Positions 30,431-40,158 of a stretch of 49,534 nucleotides of DNA are shown in pieces (the stretch's first letter is position 1; each line of letters begins with the position of its first letter). Origin of the DNA: Bdellovibrionales bacterium (GTDB lineage Bacteria; Bdellovibrionota; Bdellovibrionia; Bdellovibrionales; DASUEL01); contig JBFWOZ010000022.1 in NCBI GenBank assembly GCA_050250255.1, positions 1 through 49,534 on the forward strand, written 5' to 3'. Made by a program: the position numbers and the translations under genes. The notes beneath the pieces are model-generated. The model was not told the DNA's origin. It did no database searches and saw nothing but the letters and a program-made list of their open reading frames with translations.

Positions 30431-31497
30431 CCTATACAGAAGTGTTGAAACATTTAAGCGAGAACTCTTACCAGTGGACGATCACGGGTGGAGCAGGCTT
30501 TATTGGTTCACACCTCGTAGAGACGCTTTTACAAAACAATCAGCAGGTGATCGTTCTTGATAATTTCTCGACGGGATATGAGTCGAACCTCAACGACATC
30601 AAAACTCGCGTGTCGACTCTGCACTGGCAAAAGTTTCACCTTCTCAGAGGTGATATCACTTCTTTTGAAGATTGTAAGAAGGCCGTGATGGATAGCGATT
30701 TTGTTCTTCATCATGCGGCGATGGGGTCGGTGCCACGATCGATTGAACGACCGCTTGAAGCGAATAAAATCAATGTGGATGGCTTTCTCAATATTCTTCA
30801 AGCCGCGACTCTCGAAAAAGTAAAACGTTTCATCTATGCTTCTTCCAGCGCCGTCTATGGCGACAACGAAACTCTTCCGAAAAAAGAATCCGATCTTGGA
30901 CGGCTCCTTTCCCCTTACGCGGCCTCCAAAAGAATTAACGAACTTTATGCCGAAAGCTTTTCTAAAAATTATGGAATCGAAACTATGGGGCTTCGTTACT
31001 TTAACGTGTTTGGCCCAAGGCAAGATCCCAATGGCGCTTATGCGGCCGTGATTCCAAAGTGGATTCAGGCCTTAGCCGAAAACAAAGAAGTTCACATCAA
31101 CGGTGACGGCACCACCAGTCGCGATTTTTGTTTCGTGAAAGATGTCGTACAGATCAATCTTTTAGCGGCTCTCACAACAAATCCCGAAAGCCTCAACCAA
31201 GTTTATAACTGCGGCACTGGCAAACCCACTTCGCTTACAGAACTCTTTAAAATTTTAAAATCCGAATTTAAAAAAGCAAAACGACCTCTCAGCATTTCAA
31301 CTCCCGAACTTCGTCCGTTTCGTGAAGGAGATGTTGTCCATTCGGTCGCCGACATTTCTCTCGCGCAAAAGAAGTTGCAGTTTCAACCTGAGTATGATCT
31401 CGGAAAAGGTCTTCAGCAGACCATTTCGTTTTTCACACCGGCACTTGCTGTCGTTACTCCAAAAGCACCGCAGACAGAACCTGCTATCCTTCTTTAA
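30427..31497 (+). CDS. WbpP/TviC-like UDP-GlcNAc(A) 4-epimerase
   Basis: [55 protein letters not shown]. Confidence 0.88.
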   Translation: MTYTEVLKHLSENSYQWTITGGAGFIGSHLVETLLQNNQQVIVLDNFSTGYESNLNDIKTRVSTLHWQKFHLLRGDITSFEDCKKAVMDSDFVLHHAAMGSVPRSIERPLEANKINVDGFLNILQAATLEKVKRFIYASSSAVYGDNETLPKKESDLGRLLSPYAASKRINELYAESFSKNYGIETMGLRYFNVFGPRQDPNGAYAAVIPKWIQALAENKEVHINGDGTTSRDFCFVKDVVQINLLAALTTNPESLNQVYNCGTGKPTSLTELFKILKSEFKKAKRPLSISTPELRPFREGDVVHSVADISLAQKKLQFQPEYDLGKGLQQTISFFTPALAVVTPKAPQTEPAILL

Positions 31498-32323
31498 AAG
31501 ATTCCATAAATTTAAAATAATTGTTCTTCCAGAATAAATATTCCGGGGTTTCTTCATGCGAAGTGGAAGTTGTTAAAATTTTCTGCCACTTCAAGAAGTC
31601 CTGCAGTTGCTCCGGCGTACCCCAATGAAGAAAAAAATCTACTTCCTGAGTTGTTACTCGTTTTTGATTCTTCAAGAGTTCATTTAAAGCAAGGCTTGGA
31701 AAATACTCGCCTTGCACTTTTTGATGCTGCTCCATCTGCTTCGCAATCGCCGTGATGAGATCCCAACCTTTTTTGAAATAGAAAACGCCAGCAGAGACAG
31801 GCTCTTGCATCCAATTCTTGGTGAACGACCCCTTCTCTTTGATTTCGAGAAGCCGCGTATCTTCAACTCGGCAAAAGGCGTACGAATTATCCTTTACTAA
31901 ATGAGGATGAAATTTTTGATGAGTAAATGCGATAGCATCCGAGTCAAGATTCTTCCTGACGGCTTTAAAATCCCAAACCCAGGCTACATCACAGTAAGAG
32001 ACGAACCAACTCTCTTCCAGTGGTAAGGTTTCACTTGCTAGAGAGAGGGAATACGCAGGGCCTAGAGAGTGCGCTTTTATTTCGTGCAAAATAACATCGG
32101 ATTTTGCTACTAAATATTTTTTCTCACTTGCTGAGAGATAATCCGAATGAATAATGAGATGTTTCGCCATGCTTTTAGGAAAATTCCCCAAAACATAATC
32201 GATCATGGGTCGATTCGCGATGGTGATAAGGGGCTTATAACTTTCATAGCCTGCTTCACGAAAACGAACACCACTGCCCGCCATAGGAACGATCAAATGT
32301 GTTTTTTGAAGCAAAGTACTCAA
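31484..32323 (-). CDS. Sugar/alcohol-phosphate nucleotidyltransferase (NTP_transferase fold)
   Basis: IVPMAGSGVRF...KPLI, SYCD, IKEK, WGTPE. Confidence 0.8.
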   Translation of the reverse strand: MSTLLQKTHLIVPMAGSGVRFREAGYESYKPLITIANRPMIDYVLGNFPKSMAKHLIIHSDYLSASEKKYLVAKSDVILHEIKAHSLGPAYSLSLASETLPLEESWFVSYCDVAWVWDFKAVRKNLDSDAIAFTHQKFHPHLVKDNSYAFCRVEDTRLLEIKEKGSFTKNWMQEPVSAGVFYFKKGWDLITAIAKQMEQHQKVQGEYFPSLALNELLKNQKRVTTQEVDFFLHWGTPEQLQDFLKWQKILTTSTSHEETPEYLFWKNNYFKFMESFKEG

Positions 32324-33108
32324 GGGGCTTTGTGACTTGAACTCTTCAAATTGTATTTACGCAATTGAAGCCAATGAGAAAGGCGAAGCTTGCTGATCGT
32401 GTAAGCCATATTGATCCCATCTTTTACCGGATGTACTCGGCTCTCCTCTTGATGAGACCAACGAACGGCGACCTCCACAATCTTGAGACCATGACTTTGA
32501 GCGAGCATTAAAAACTCCACATCCCAAGCAAAACGATCCACTGTCAGTTTTTTCAAAAAAGCAGCAACCGCATTTTTTTTCATCAACTTAAAGCCACACT
32601 GAGTGTCTTTGAAAGGAAGCTGAGTGATCGAGCGTACCATCAGGTTAAATGTTTTTCCCATATGCTCTCGTACCCAAGATTGGCGAATCACAATTTCGCT
32701 TTCCTTTAAATCACGAGAACCGATAGCGATATCCGCTTGCTGCGCCTGACATTCCTCAACCAACTTCAGAACTTCTTCCCAAGGAGTCGCCATATCGGCA
32801 TCAGCGACGAGTAACCACGGAGCTTCCGCGTAGAGCAAGCCCGTTCTTACGGCATGGCCTTTTCCATAATTTTTATCACTTTTTAAAACTAATAATTGCG
32901 GCAGAGAAGCCTCGTACTTTTTAACGACTTCAACAGTTTGATCGCGGGAACCATCGTCGACAACGATGACTTGGCTTATTTTTACACTATTCAATTCCCC
33001 AGATTTAATTTGTTTTGCTAAAACTTCGAGTGTCCGCGGCAGACGAGTCGCCTCGTTGTATGCGGGAATTACAATCGCAAGTTCGGCGGCCTGAGAGGTA
33101 TTAGACAT
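32320..33108 (-). CDS. GT2 polyprenol-phosphate hexose synthase (Alg5/DPM1-like)
   Basis: IPAYNE, VDDGSRD, NYGKG, DADMAT, DTQCGFKL, FAWDVE. Confidence 0.9.
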   Translation of the reverse strand: MSNTSQAAELAIVIPAYNEATRLPRTLEVLAKQIKSGELNSVKISQVIVVDDGSRDQTVEVVKKYEASLPQLLVLKSDKNYGKGHAVRTGLLYAEAPWLLVADADMATPWEEVLKLVEECQAQQADIAIGSRDLKESEIVIRQSWVREHMGKTFNLMVRSITQLPFKDTQCGFKLMKKNAVAAFLKKLTVDRFAWDVEFLMLAQSHGLKIVEVAVRWSHQEESRVHPVKDGINMAYTISKLRLSHWLQLRKYNLKSSSHKAP

Positions 33109-33147
33109 GGGGTATAATAATCATAAAAGAAGCTTTCAAATCAAGGC

Positions 33148-34857
33148 CTATTGACCCGCAGCGGGCTGAATAAAGGCTTTGCTCGTAGGCTTTTGCTTTA
33201 AAATATAGAAGTTTGTGCTGCTATTTTGAAAGAGCGAATAGCGTGTATAATCCATCATGACACCTTCATACTTTCGGGAGTACACGACTTCGTAATCTGC
33301 CAAGCTCGCCTTCCAAATGTGTCCCTCGGAAACTTCATTAAAGCGTTTCACAAAATCATTAAAACCTTCGGGCGAAAGTTCGGCCGCGCCAGGACTGATG
33401 TAAGCCAAAGTTTTTGCTTCGTACTGCGGTCTCTTTTGTTTGATATTGAGCCAAATTCCCGTCACAACCGGAAATTGTTTTATCAGGTCCTGCATAAAAG
33501 CAAGATTCAGCATATTCGGCGCCTGAAAAACCATCTGAACATCATGCTCTTGAAAGAGTTTGATGAGCTCAGGCTCTTGTAATGGATCCACCCGACGTTT
33601 GGTCATTTCCGGAAAACTAAGCGCAAAGCTCGTCGTTAGCACAATGGCAAAAACGAGAGGTAAAGCCTGAAGACCCAAGGATAACTTTTGTCGAAGCATT
33701 TGGAGAAGAAAGAAAAGTCCCTCTATCACAAGCAGAATCATAATGGGAATGAGAACCATCTGATGTCGTGTCGGGCTCATCGTCATGCGGTCTCTTAGGA
33801 GAAAAGAGGCCCATACGGCAATGCTGACCGTAGAAAAAATCAACAAACTCTTTCGAAGAGGATCCCCTCGTTTTTGAATCCACGAAAACACGCCCAATAA
33901 AAGAAAGACGTAAAAAAAGCCCGTCAGTACGAAGCTGAGATTCGTGCCATCTTCCGTATAAGAAAGATTTGACTGGAGAATGCGGCCGAAGTTCACCGGA
34001 ATGTATTCTGCTAAACGCACAAGCTTCGCTCCGAGGCCTTCGTAATTTTTCAGATAAAGCATAAAGAGATCAGAAGGCCCGCGTTCTCCCGCAAGAGGTC
34101 CGGTGTTGTAAGGCGCTAAAAACTTTTTCCAAAACAAATAAAAGTAAACGCCGAATGTGGCACCCAGTAAAACGAACTGTCCGGCCATTTTTTTTCTTTC
34201 GGCCTTTGTACTAAGAGGACGAAACGCAAGCCATATCACCGCAATCACAAAACCAGGAATAAAAAGGACGTTTTGGTAAGAGGCAAAGCAAGCCATCATC
34301 AGCAAACCAAGAGTTAAACAAAGCTCTTTCAAAGAATTTTTTTTCTCTCGCGCCATCATACTCAATCGGTAAAGCATGAGTAAAAAGAAAAAAGGGGTGA
34401 TCGCGTAGGTGCAACTAAATTTACTATAGATCACATGCATCCAGGAAAACGCGATCATCGATGTCCCTAATAAAACAAGAGACTGAAACAACAATGGCTT
34501 CGTTTTTTTGATTTCGGAAAAAAAATACGACAAGAAAAAGAAAAACAAAATCACCGTAAAAATGGCAGCAAGAAACGACGGAAGTCTCGCACGGTAGACA
34601 AGATCACGATATCCCATCTCTGGCGAAAGAAGCTGAGTCGTAAAAAGAAACTGCAGAGGTGCGTTCGTATTGTAAGTGCTGAAGAAAAAAGCGGGTTCAT
34701 AAAACCGATGATTCTCATAGGCTTTAATGCTCAGAAGAAGTGGGATCGGTGCCATGTCATCGTAGGTGACAAAGTGAGTAGACAAGTCCACATGACGAAA
34801 AAAAATTGCGGCGAAAAAAATGAGTGCTGCTAGAGCATAAAATAACTTACGTGGCAT
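33148..34857 (-). CDS. GT-C-fold (ArnT/PMT-like) membrane glycosyltransferase, paralog 1
   Basis: Roughly 11-13 TM segments, YDD after TM1, RLPS, late PTRH motif, soluble C-terminal domain; directly upstream of the GT2. Confidence 0.65.
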   Translation of the reverse strand: MPRKLFYALAALIFFAAIFFRHVDLSTHFVTYDDMAPIPLLLSIKAYENHRFYEPAFFFSTYNTNAPLQFLFTTQLLSPEMGYRDLVYRARLPSFLAAIFTVILFFFFLSYFFSEIKKTKPLLFQSLVLLGTSMIAFSWMHVIYSKFSCTYAITPFFFLLMLYRLSMMAREKKNSLKELCLTLGLLMMACFASYQNVLFIPGFVIAVIWLAFRPLSTKAERKKMAGQFVLLGATFGVYFYLFWKKFLAPYNTGPLAGERGPSDLFMLYLKNYEGLGAKLVRLAEYIPVNFGRILQSNLSYTEDGTNLSFVLTGFFYVFLLLGVFSWIQKRGDPLRKSLLIFSTVSIAVWASFLLRDRMTMSPTRHQMVLIPIMILLVIEGLFFLLQMLRQKLSLGLQALPLVFAIVLTTSFALSFPEMTKRRVDPLQEPELIKLFQEHDVQMVFQAPNMLNLAFMQDLIKQFPVVTGIWLNIKQKRPQYEAKTLAYISPGAAELSPEGFNDFVKRFNEVSEGHIWKASLADYEVVYSRKYEGVMMDYTRYSLFQNSSTNFYILKQKPTSKAFIQPAAGQ

Positions 34858-34974
34858 TGGATGGCGAATAATAGCAGTCTAAGAGTCAATTTCAATGAAG
34901 GACTGGGTTTTCACACCGTGTCAAGTGATGCCTTTCACTCACGCAAAAGAGATAAGAACCCGAAGAAAACTTTT

Positions 34975-36201
34975 ATGAAAATTCTTATTCTCACACAATA
35001 CTTCTGGCCTGAAAATTTCCAGATCAATGATCTCGCGGAAGGCTTGCGTGTAAAGGGTCATCAGGTCGAAGTTCTCACGGGTAAACCCAACTATCCTCAT
35101 GGAAAGTTTTTTAAGGGTTATCGCTTTCTTTCTCCTATGCGAGAAATGTTTGGTGAAATTCCTGTTTTTCGAGCTCCGCTCATTCCCCGATTTCGCTCCA
35201 AGGGTTGGCAGCTCATTCTGAACTATTTTTCTTTTGTTTTCTTCGCGAGCCTTTTTGTCCCATGGATTGGCCGACGTCGCTATGATCTGGTTTTGGTTTT
35301 TGAACCGTCCCCTATCTTTCAAGCGCTTCCTGCCATTTTACTCAAGAAAATCTACAAGACGCCAGTCGCACTTTGGGTTTTAGATCTTTGGCCCGAAAGT
35401 CTTGAAGCAACAGGAGCCGTTCGAAATTCTACAGCACTCCGCTTAGTAGGACAGGTGGTAAACTACATTTACCGCCAATGTGACTTGATTTTAGCTTCTT
35501 CAGAAAATTTCATTCCAAAAATCCGTGAACGCTCCGGCGCAAAAACTTCTATCAGCTACTTTCCCAATTGGGCGGATCCCCTCTTTGAAAGTTCTAAAAA
35601 CTCTCTCCATTCTCAAAACAAAGAACAATTCCACCTCACCTTTGCGGGCAATATCGGCAAAGCTCAATCTTTTGAAACTATATTGAAAGCCGCTAAAATC
35701 CTTAAAAATGTTCCTGAAATTCGCTGGCAAATTTATGGAGATGGTCGAGAAAAAAAATGGGCGGAGCAAACTGTGAACGAATGGGGCCTCGCGGATCAGG
35801 TGATTTTCCATGGGATGAAGCCACTTGCGAACATGCCCGAAATCTTTTCGAGGTCCGATGCACTTCTCATCACGCTCAAAAACGATCCTGTCTTTAAACT
35901 GACGGTTCCCGCAAAACTTCAAGCCTACATGGCTTGCGGCCGCCCTATCATTGCGAGTATCGACGGCGAAGGGGCCGAGATCATTCATACCTCAAAGTCA
36001 GGTTTTGTCTCGCCGGCAGAGGATGCCGAAGCGCTTGCGGAATGTGTCCTCTCTCTTCACAAATTAGATCCCGCCTCGCGCCAATCGCTTGGACAAAACG
36101 GACGTCGGCATTATGAACAGCATTTTGCTCGCAATAAACTCTTTGATAAAATTGAAGATCTTTTTCAAAAGATGACCGTTGAGAATTACAATCGGTCGTA
36201 A
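34975..36201 (+). CDS. GT4 glycosyltransferase, WbuB-like (L-FucNAc transferase)
   Basis: TQYFWPE, PNYP, DLWPESL, FAGNIGKAQ, PAKLQAYMACGRP. Confidence 0.88.
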   Translation: MKILILTQYFWPENFQINDLAEGLRVKGHQVEVLTGKPNYPHGKFFKGYRFLSPMREMFGEIPVFRAPLIPRFRSKGWQLILNYFSFVFFASLFVPWIGRRRYDLVLVFEPSPIFQALPAILLKKIYKTPVALWVLDLWPESLEATGAVRNSTALRLVGQVVNYIYRQCDLILASSENFIPKIRERSGAKTSISYFPNWADPLFESSKNSLHSQNKEQFHLTFAGNIGKAQSFETILKAAKILKNVPEIRWQIYGDGREKKWAEQTVNEWGLADQVIFHGMKPLANMPEIFSRSDALLITLKNDPVFKLTVPAKLQAYMACGRPIIASIDGEGAEIIHTSKSGFVSPAEDAEALAECVLSLHKLDPASRQSLGQNGRRHYEQHFARNKLFDKIEDLFQKMTVENYNRS

Positions 36202-37811
36202 GGCATTTCGAGCCTAGCATCGCTAAACTCTTTTCGCTTCAAAATAAAAACCTGAAGACGATTCACTTCACCCTGAGAGTATTTTGAATAGTCCATCGCT
36301 GTTCCATCTTTTGCGAAGTGATGAATGACATCATAATCAGAGAGAGAAGCTTTCAACATAGGGTGATTAGGATTTTCATTAAAGCGTTTCACAAAAAGAT
36401 CAAAAGCGCCCGAGCTTAAACCCTGCTCTTGAGTGAAAAAAGCAATCTGATCAATATTTGGCATACGAAGTTTTTCGCTTCGACTCTCTGTTGTCGGCAA
36501 ACCAGAAATCACCGAGAGTTGCGTTTTGAGTTTACTCATGAAATTCACGTTCAACATTTGAGGCGGCTGATAAACCAGCGAAACTTCATGTTCTTTAAAA
36601 AGTTGGATCAATGCATTTTCATCGAAAGGATCTTGTCTTTCACCCATCATTTGCGGAAAGCTGATCGCAAAACTAATGCAAATCAATAGCGCAAAAACAG
36701 AAGGGATCAGACCACGTGTAGACCAAACCCGCGCCACCCATAAAACTTGAACTACTAAGTACACGCCCTCTAAAACCAAAAGCACCATGAGAGGAAGAAG
36801 AATCAAATAATGCCGTGTTGGACTCAGAGCCATGCGACCGGAAAACACAAAACAAATTCCAAGAAACACAGTCAAAGAGACGAAGAGCGCTAAGCTTCGA
36901 CGAACAGAATCTCGAGACTCACTCCAAATTTTAAAAAAACCAAATAGTAGAAAGAAAAAACAAACGCTCCAGAAAAAGTAATTCAGTGGCGTGTCTTCAA
37001 AGGTGTACGAAAGATGAGTACCTATGAGACGCCCTAAGTTGAGAGGGAAAAACTCTATCACCTGACCGGCTTTTTCAAAAAAGCCGTTGTACTGACCGAG
37101 GTTAAGGAGAAACATTTTATTAGGTCCAACCTCCCCCACAACGGCCGCTCTCCCTTGGGGATAAAGTGCTCGAGAAGCAAAAATGTAAGCCGCCGAAAAT
37201 AGAAAAAAGAAAACCGTCAGCAAAACACTGGCACGTATTTTCTCATGATTCGCAAACAGAGGGCGAAACACCAACGAGCTTAGTGCCAACATCAAACCTG
37301 GTACAAAAAGAAGAAGCTCTGCTTGAACTAAACAACCCACGAACACGAGTGAGAAATGAAGAAACAAAATCTTCCACGAAATTCGATCCTGTCGAGAGGC
37401 GTGATAAAGTTGGAACAGAAAAAGAACGAGAAAAAATGGGCCTGCCGACGTCACGCCAATGTCTTTAGCGTAAATCACATGCTCCCAAGAAAAAGCGACC
37501 ATCACGGTTCCCAGAGCGAGGAGAGCTTGGTAAAGAGGTACGTGAGTATAAAACACATCTTGGTAGTAAAAAGATAAATAACCAAAAAATAAAACAAGGG
37601 TGACACAAGAGAACAGAAGAGACGGCCACCTGGCCCAGTAGAGTAAGTTTCGATATTCCATTTCTGGCTTCAACCATTCGGTCGAAAATAAAAAACGAAA
37701 CCAGGAAGGATCGTTGATCACAAAAAAATGTGTCGCGAGATCCACATATCTCACATAAAAAGCTCCTGCAAAAATCAGAAGTACCAGGAAAAAGAAATGT
37801 TTATTGGACAT
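36186..37811 (-). CDS. GT-C-fold membrane protein, paralog 2
   Basis: Co-linear similarity to 33148-34857 (VDLxTHF, PEMxYR, AFSWxHVIY, LSYTxxxT, SPTRH, LFxEHxV, MDYxxYS). Confidence 0.65.
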   Translation of the reverse strand: MSNKHFFFLVLLIFAGAFYVRYVDLATHFFVINDPSWFRFLFSTEWLKPEMEYRNLLYWARWPSLLFSCVTLVLFFGYLSFYYQDVFYTHVPLYQALLALGTVMVAFSWEHVIYAKDIGVTSAGPFFLVLFLFQLYHASRQDRISWKILFLHFSLVFVGCLVQAELLLFVPGLMLALSSLVFRPLFANHEKIRASVLLTVFFFLFSAAYIFASRALYPQGRAAVVGEVGPNKMFLLNLGQYNGFFEKAGQVIEFFPLNLGRLIGTHLSYTFEDTPLNYFFWSVCFFFLLFGFFKIWSESRDSVRRSLALFVSLTVFLGICFVFSGRMALSPTRHYLILLPLMVLLVLEGVYLVVQVLWVARVWSTRGLIPSVFALLICISFAISFPQMMGERQDPFDENALIQLFKEHEVSLVYQPPQMLNVNFMSKLKTQLSVISGLPTTESRSEKLRMPNIDQIAFFTQEQGLSSGAFDLFVKRFNENPNHPMLKASLSDYDVIHHFAKDGTAMDYSKYSQGEVNRLQVFILKRKEFSDARLEMPYDRL

Positions 37812-38946
37812 TATTTCTTCCCCATACCACGCGATGAACATAGTCGATATGGCTGAGTATGAGGCGTACCACTTTTTGTGAAACGTTCGGCATCGAATAA
37901 TCATTCACCCGGCGAAAGTTCTGTTTTCTCTGAGAATGGACTAGCTCCACACCCTGCAAAACGCGTTTCGGGTTGAGGCCTGTCATTACAACCGCCGCCT
38001 CTTCCATTCCCTCGGGACGTTCGTGAGCTTCACGAATGTTCAGCGCCGGGAATCCCAAGATCGAAGACTCCTCGGTGATCGTTCCGCTGTCGGAAAGAAC
38101 CACGAAGGCATTTTTTTGGAGATGAATGTAATCACTTAAAGAAAGTGGTTTCATCACCTTCACGAGCGGGTGCAGAGAAATTTTTTGTTTTTCAAGTCGA
38201 GTGCGTGTACGGGGGTGAGCCGAAAAGATCAGTGGCATGGCATAGCGATCCGCTAAACCGTTAAGCGCGTGACCCAATTGTTCGAGATGTTCGGGATCAT
38301 CAACGTTTTCTTCACGATGGCAACTCACCACAAAGAATTTTTCTTTTTCTAAACCTAACTCTTTGAGGACTGGAGAAGCATCGATCTTTTGTGAGTAATG
38401 AGTGAGTACCTCGAACATAGGGCTACCCGTTTTGATCACGCGATCCGCAGGAAATCCTTCACGCAAGAGATAATCACGAGCGATGTCACTGTAAGTAAGA
38501 TTGATGTCGCTCGTATGATCAATGATCCGGCGATTGATTTCTTCAGGCACACGCTGATCAAAACAGCGATTTCCTGCCTCCATGTGAAAGACCGGAATTT
38601 TGAGTCTTTTTGCCGGAAGTGCCGCGAGGCCACTGTTGGTGTCCCCTAAAACCAAAACGGCATCGGGTTTAAGTTCCCGTAACAATTGGTCCGTCTTGGT
38701 AATCACTTGAGCAATCGTCTGCGCTGGCGTCGCTCCCACCGCCTCGAGGTAATGATCAGGAGATTTTAGCTCTAAGTCTTTAAAAAAAATCTCGTTGAGC
38801 TCGTAGTCGTAATTTTGACCCGTATGCACCAGGAGATGCTCGGTCGTTCGATCTAACTCCGCCAGAACTCGTGAGAGGCGGATGATCTCTGGGCGGGTTC
38901 CCAAAATGGTGACAACTTTCAATTTTTTATGGGCACTTTGTTGCAT
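37801..38946 (-). CDS. UDP-HexNAc 2-epimerase, FnlC/WbjD-type
   Basis: GTRPEIIRL, HTGQNYDYELN, GDTNS, HMEAGNRCFD, PEEINR, DSGTITEE, HERPE. Confidence 0.92.
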   Translation of the reverse strand: MQQSAHKKLKVVTILGTRPEIIRLSRVLAELDRTTEHLLVHTGQNYDYELNEIFFKDLELKSPDHYLEAVGATPAQTIAQVITKTDQLLRELKPDAVLVLGDTNSGLAALPAKRLKIPVFHMEAGNRCFDQRVPEEINRRIIDHTSDINLTYSDIARDYLLREGFPADRVIKTGSPMFEVLTHYSQKIDASPVLKELGLEKEKFFVVSCHREENVDDPEHLEQLGHALNGLADRYAMPLIFSAHPRTRTRLEKQKISLHPLVKVMKPLSLSDYIHLQKNAFVVLSDSGTITEESSILGFPALNIREAHERPEGMEEAAVVMTGLNPKRVLQGVELVHSQRKQNFRRVNDYSMPNVSQKVVRLILSHIDYVHRVVWGRNNVQ

Positions 38947-39048
38947 AGATTTTCTATAAACCAGGACCCCTTGGGGAGATAGATTATTTTATCTTGATGT
39001 CATGCATCAAAGAGTGCCAATCCCCGGATTTTCAGCAAGAAAATACGA

Positions 39049-40158
39049 ATGCAAACAAACAATTTGTCATCTCATCCCAGGTTCGAAAACCTCCAGTTAG
39101 AAAACAAGACGATTCTCGTCACGGGCGGCACAGGCTCTTTCGGGAAGGTTTTTGTTAAACGCCTCCTCTCTGGAGAACAAAGTCTTCCCAAAAAAGTGAT
39201 CGTGTTTTCACGCGACGAGGCGAAACAACACGACATGCGCCTCGAATTTTTACAGAAGAAGGCCGCCACCGATGAAGTGATCTATAAAAACTTTGCGAGC
39301 CGTTTGGAATTTCGTATTGGTGACATCCGCAGTTATGCCGATGTGTGTTCGGCACTTCGTGGAGTCGACATCGTCGTCAACGCGGCCGCCTTAAAACAAG
39401 TTCCTGCCTGCGAATACTTCCCGGAACAAGCCATTCTCACGAACTGCATTGGTCCTTCCAACATCGTTCGCGCGATTCGCGAAAATGAACTTCCCGTAGA
39501 AACCGTGATCGGTGTTAGTACGGATAAGGCCTGTAAGCCTGTGAATGTCATGGGTATGACAAAAGCCCTCCATGAAAGAATTTTTATCTCAGCGAATATT
39601 TTAAATACCAAAACTCGTTTTGCTTGCGTGCGATACGGGAATGTTCTGGCCAGTCGTGGATCAGTGATTCCGCTGTTTCATGAACTGATCAAAAAAGGCG
39701 GTCCGCTTACAATCACCACTCCCGAGATGACTCGCTTTCTTTTGAACCTTGATCAAGCTGTCGATACGGTTTTTGCCGCCATCGCCGGCGCAAAGCCCGG
39801 TGAGATTTATATTCCTCACGCTCCAGCCGCTCTCATGGTGAACATCGCAAGAGCCCTGATCGGTGATCGTGACATCCCGATTGTTGAAACCGGCATTCGA
39901 CCTGGAGAAAAGATCCACGAAATCCTTGTAGGCGAAGAAGAAGCTCCCTATACCGAAAAGCGCGGAAACTTCTTAGCGATTCGCCCCATGCTTCCTGAAC
40001 TTGCAGGCTCTTCAAAAGATCAAGTGCAAGCGATTACCGAAGAGTTTAGCTCCGGTACAAATCTTTTAAACTACGAAGCCACCGTAAAGCTCTTAAAGTT
40101 GAACCAACTGATGCTCGAGGACAATCCTCGCTTTAACCCTTACGAAGTTCTTCGATGA
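39049..40158 (+). CDS. UDP-GlcNAc 4,6-dehydratase/5-epimerase, FnlA/WbjB/CapE-type
   Basis: TGGTGSFG, SRDEAKQ, AALKQVP, STDKAC, RYGNVLASRGSVIP, GIRPGEKIHE. Confidence 0.9.
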   Translation: MQTNNLSSHPRFENLQLENKTILVTGGTGSFGKVFVKRLLSGEQSLPKKVIVFSRDEAKQHDMRLEFLQKKAATDEVIYKNFASRLEFRIGDIRSYADVCSALRGVDIVVNAAALKQVPACEYFPEQAILTNCIGPSNIVRAIRENELPVETVIGVSTDKACKPVNVMGMTKALHERIFISANILNTKTRFACVRYGNVLASRGSVIPLFHELIKKGGPLTITTPEMTRFLLNLDQAVDTVFAAIAGAKPGEIYIPHAPAALMVNIARALIGDRDIPIVETGIRPGEKIHEILVGEEEAPYTEKRGNFLAIRPMLPELAGSSKDQVQAITEEFSSGTNLLNYEATVKLLKLNQLMLEDNPRFNPYEVLR

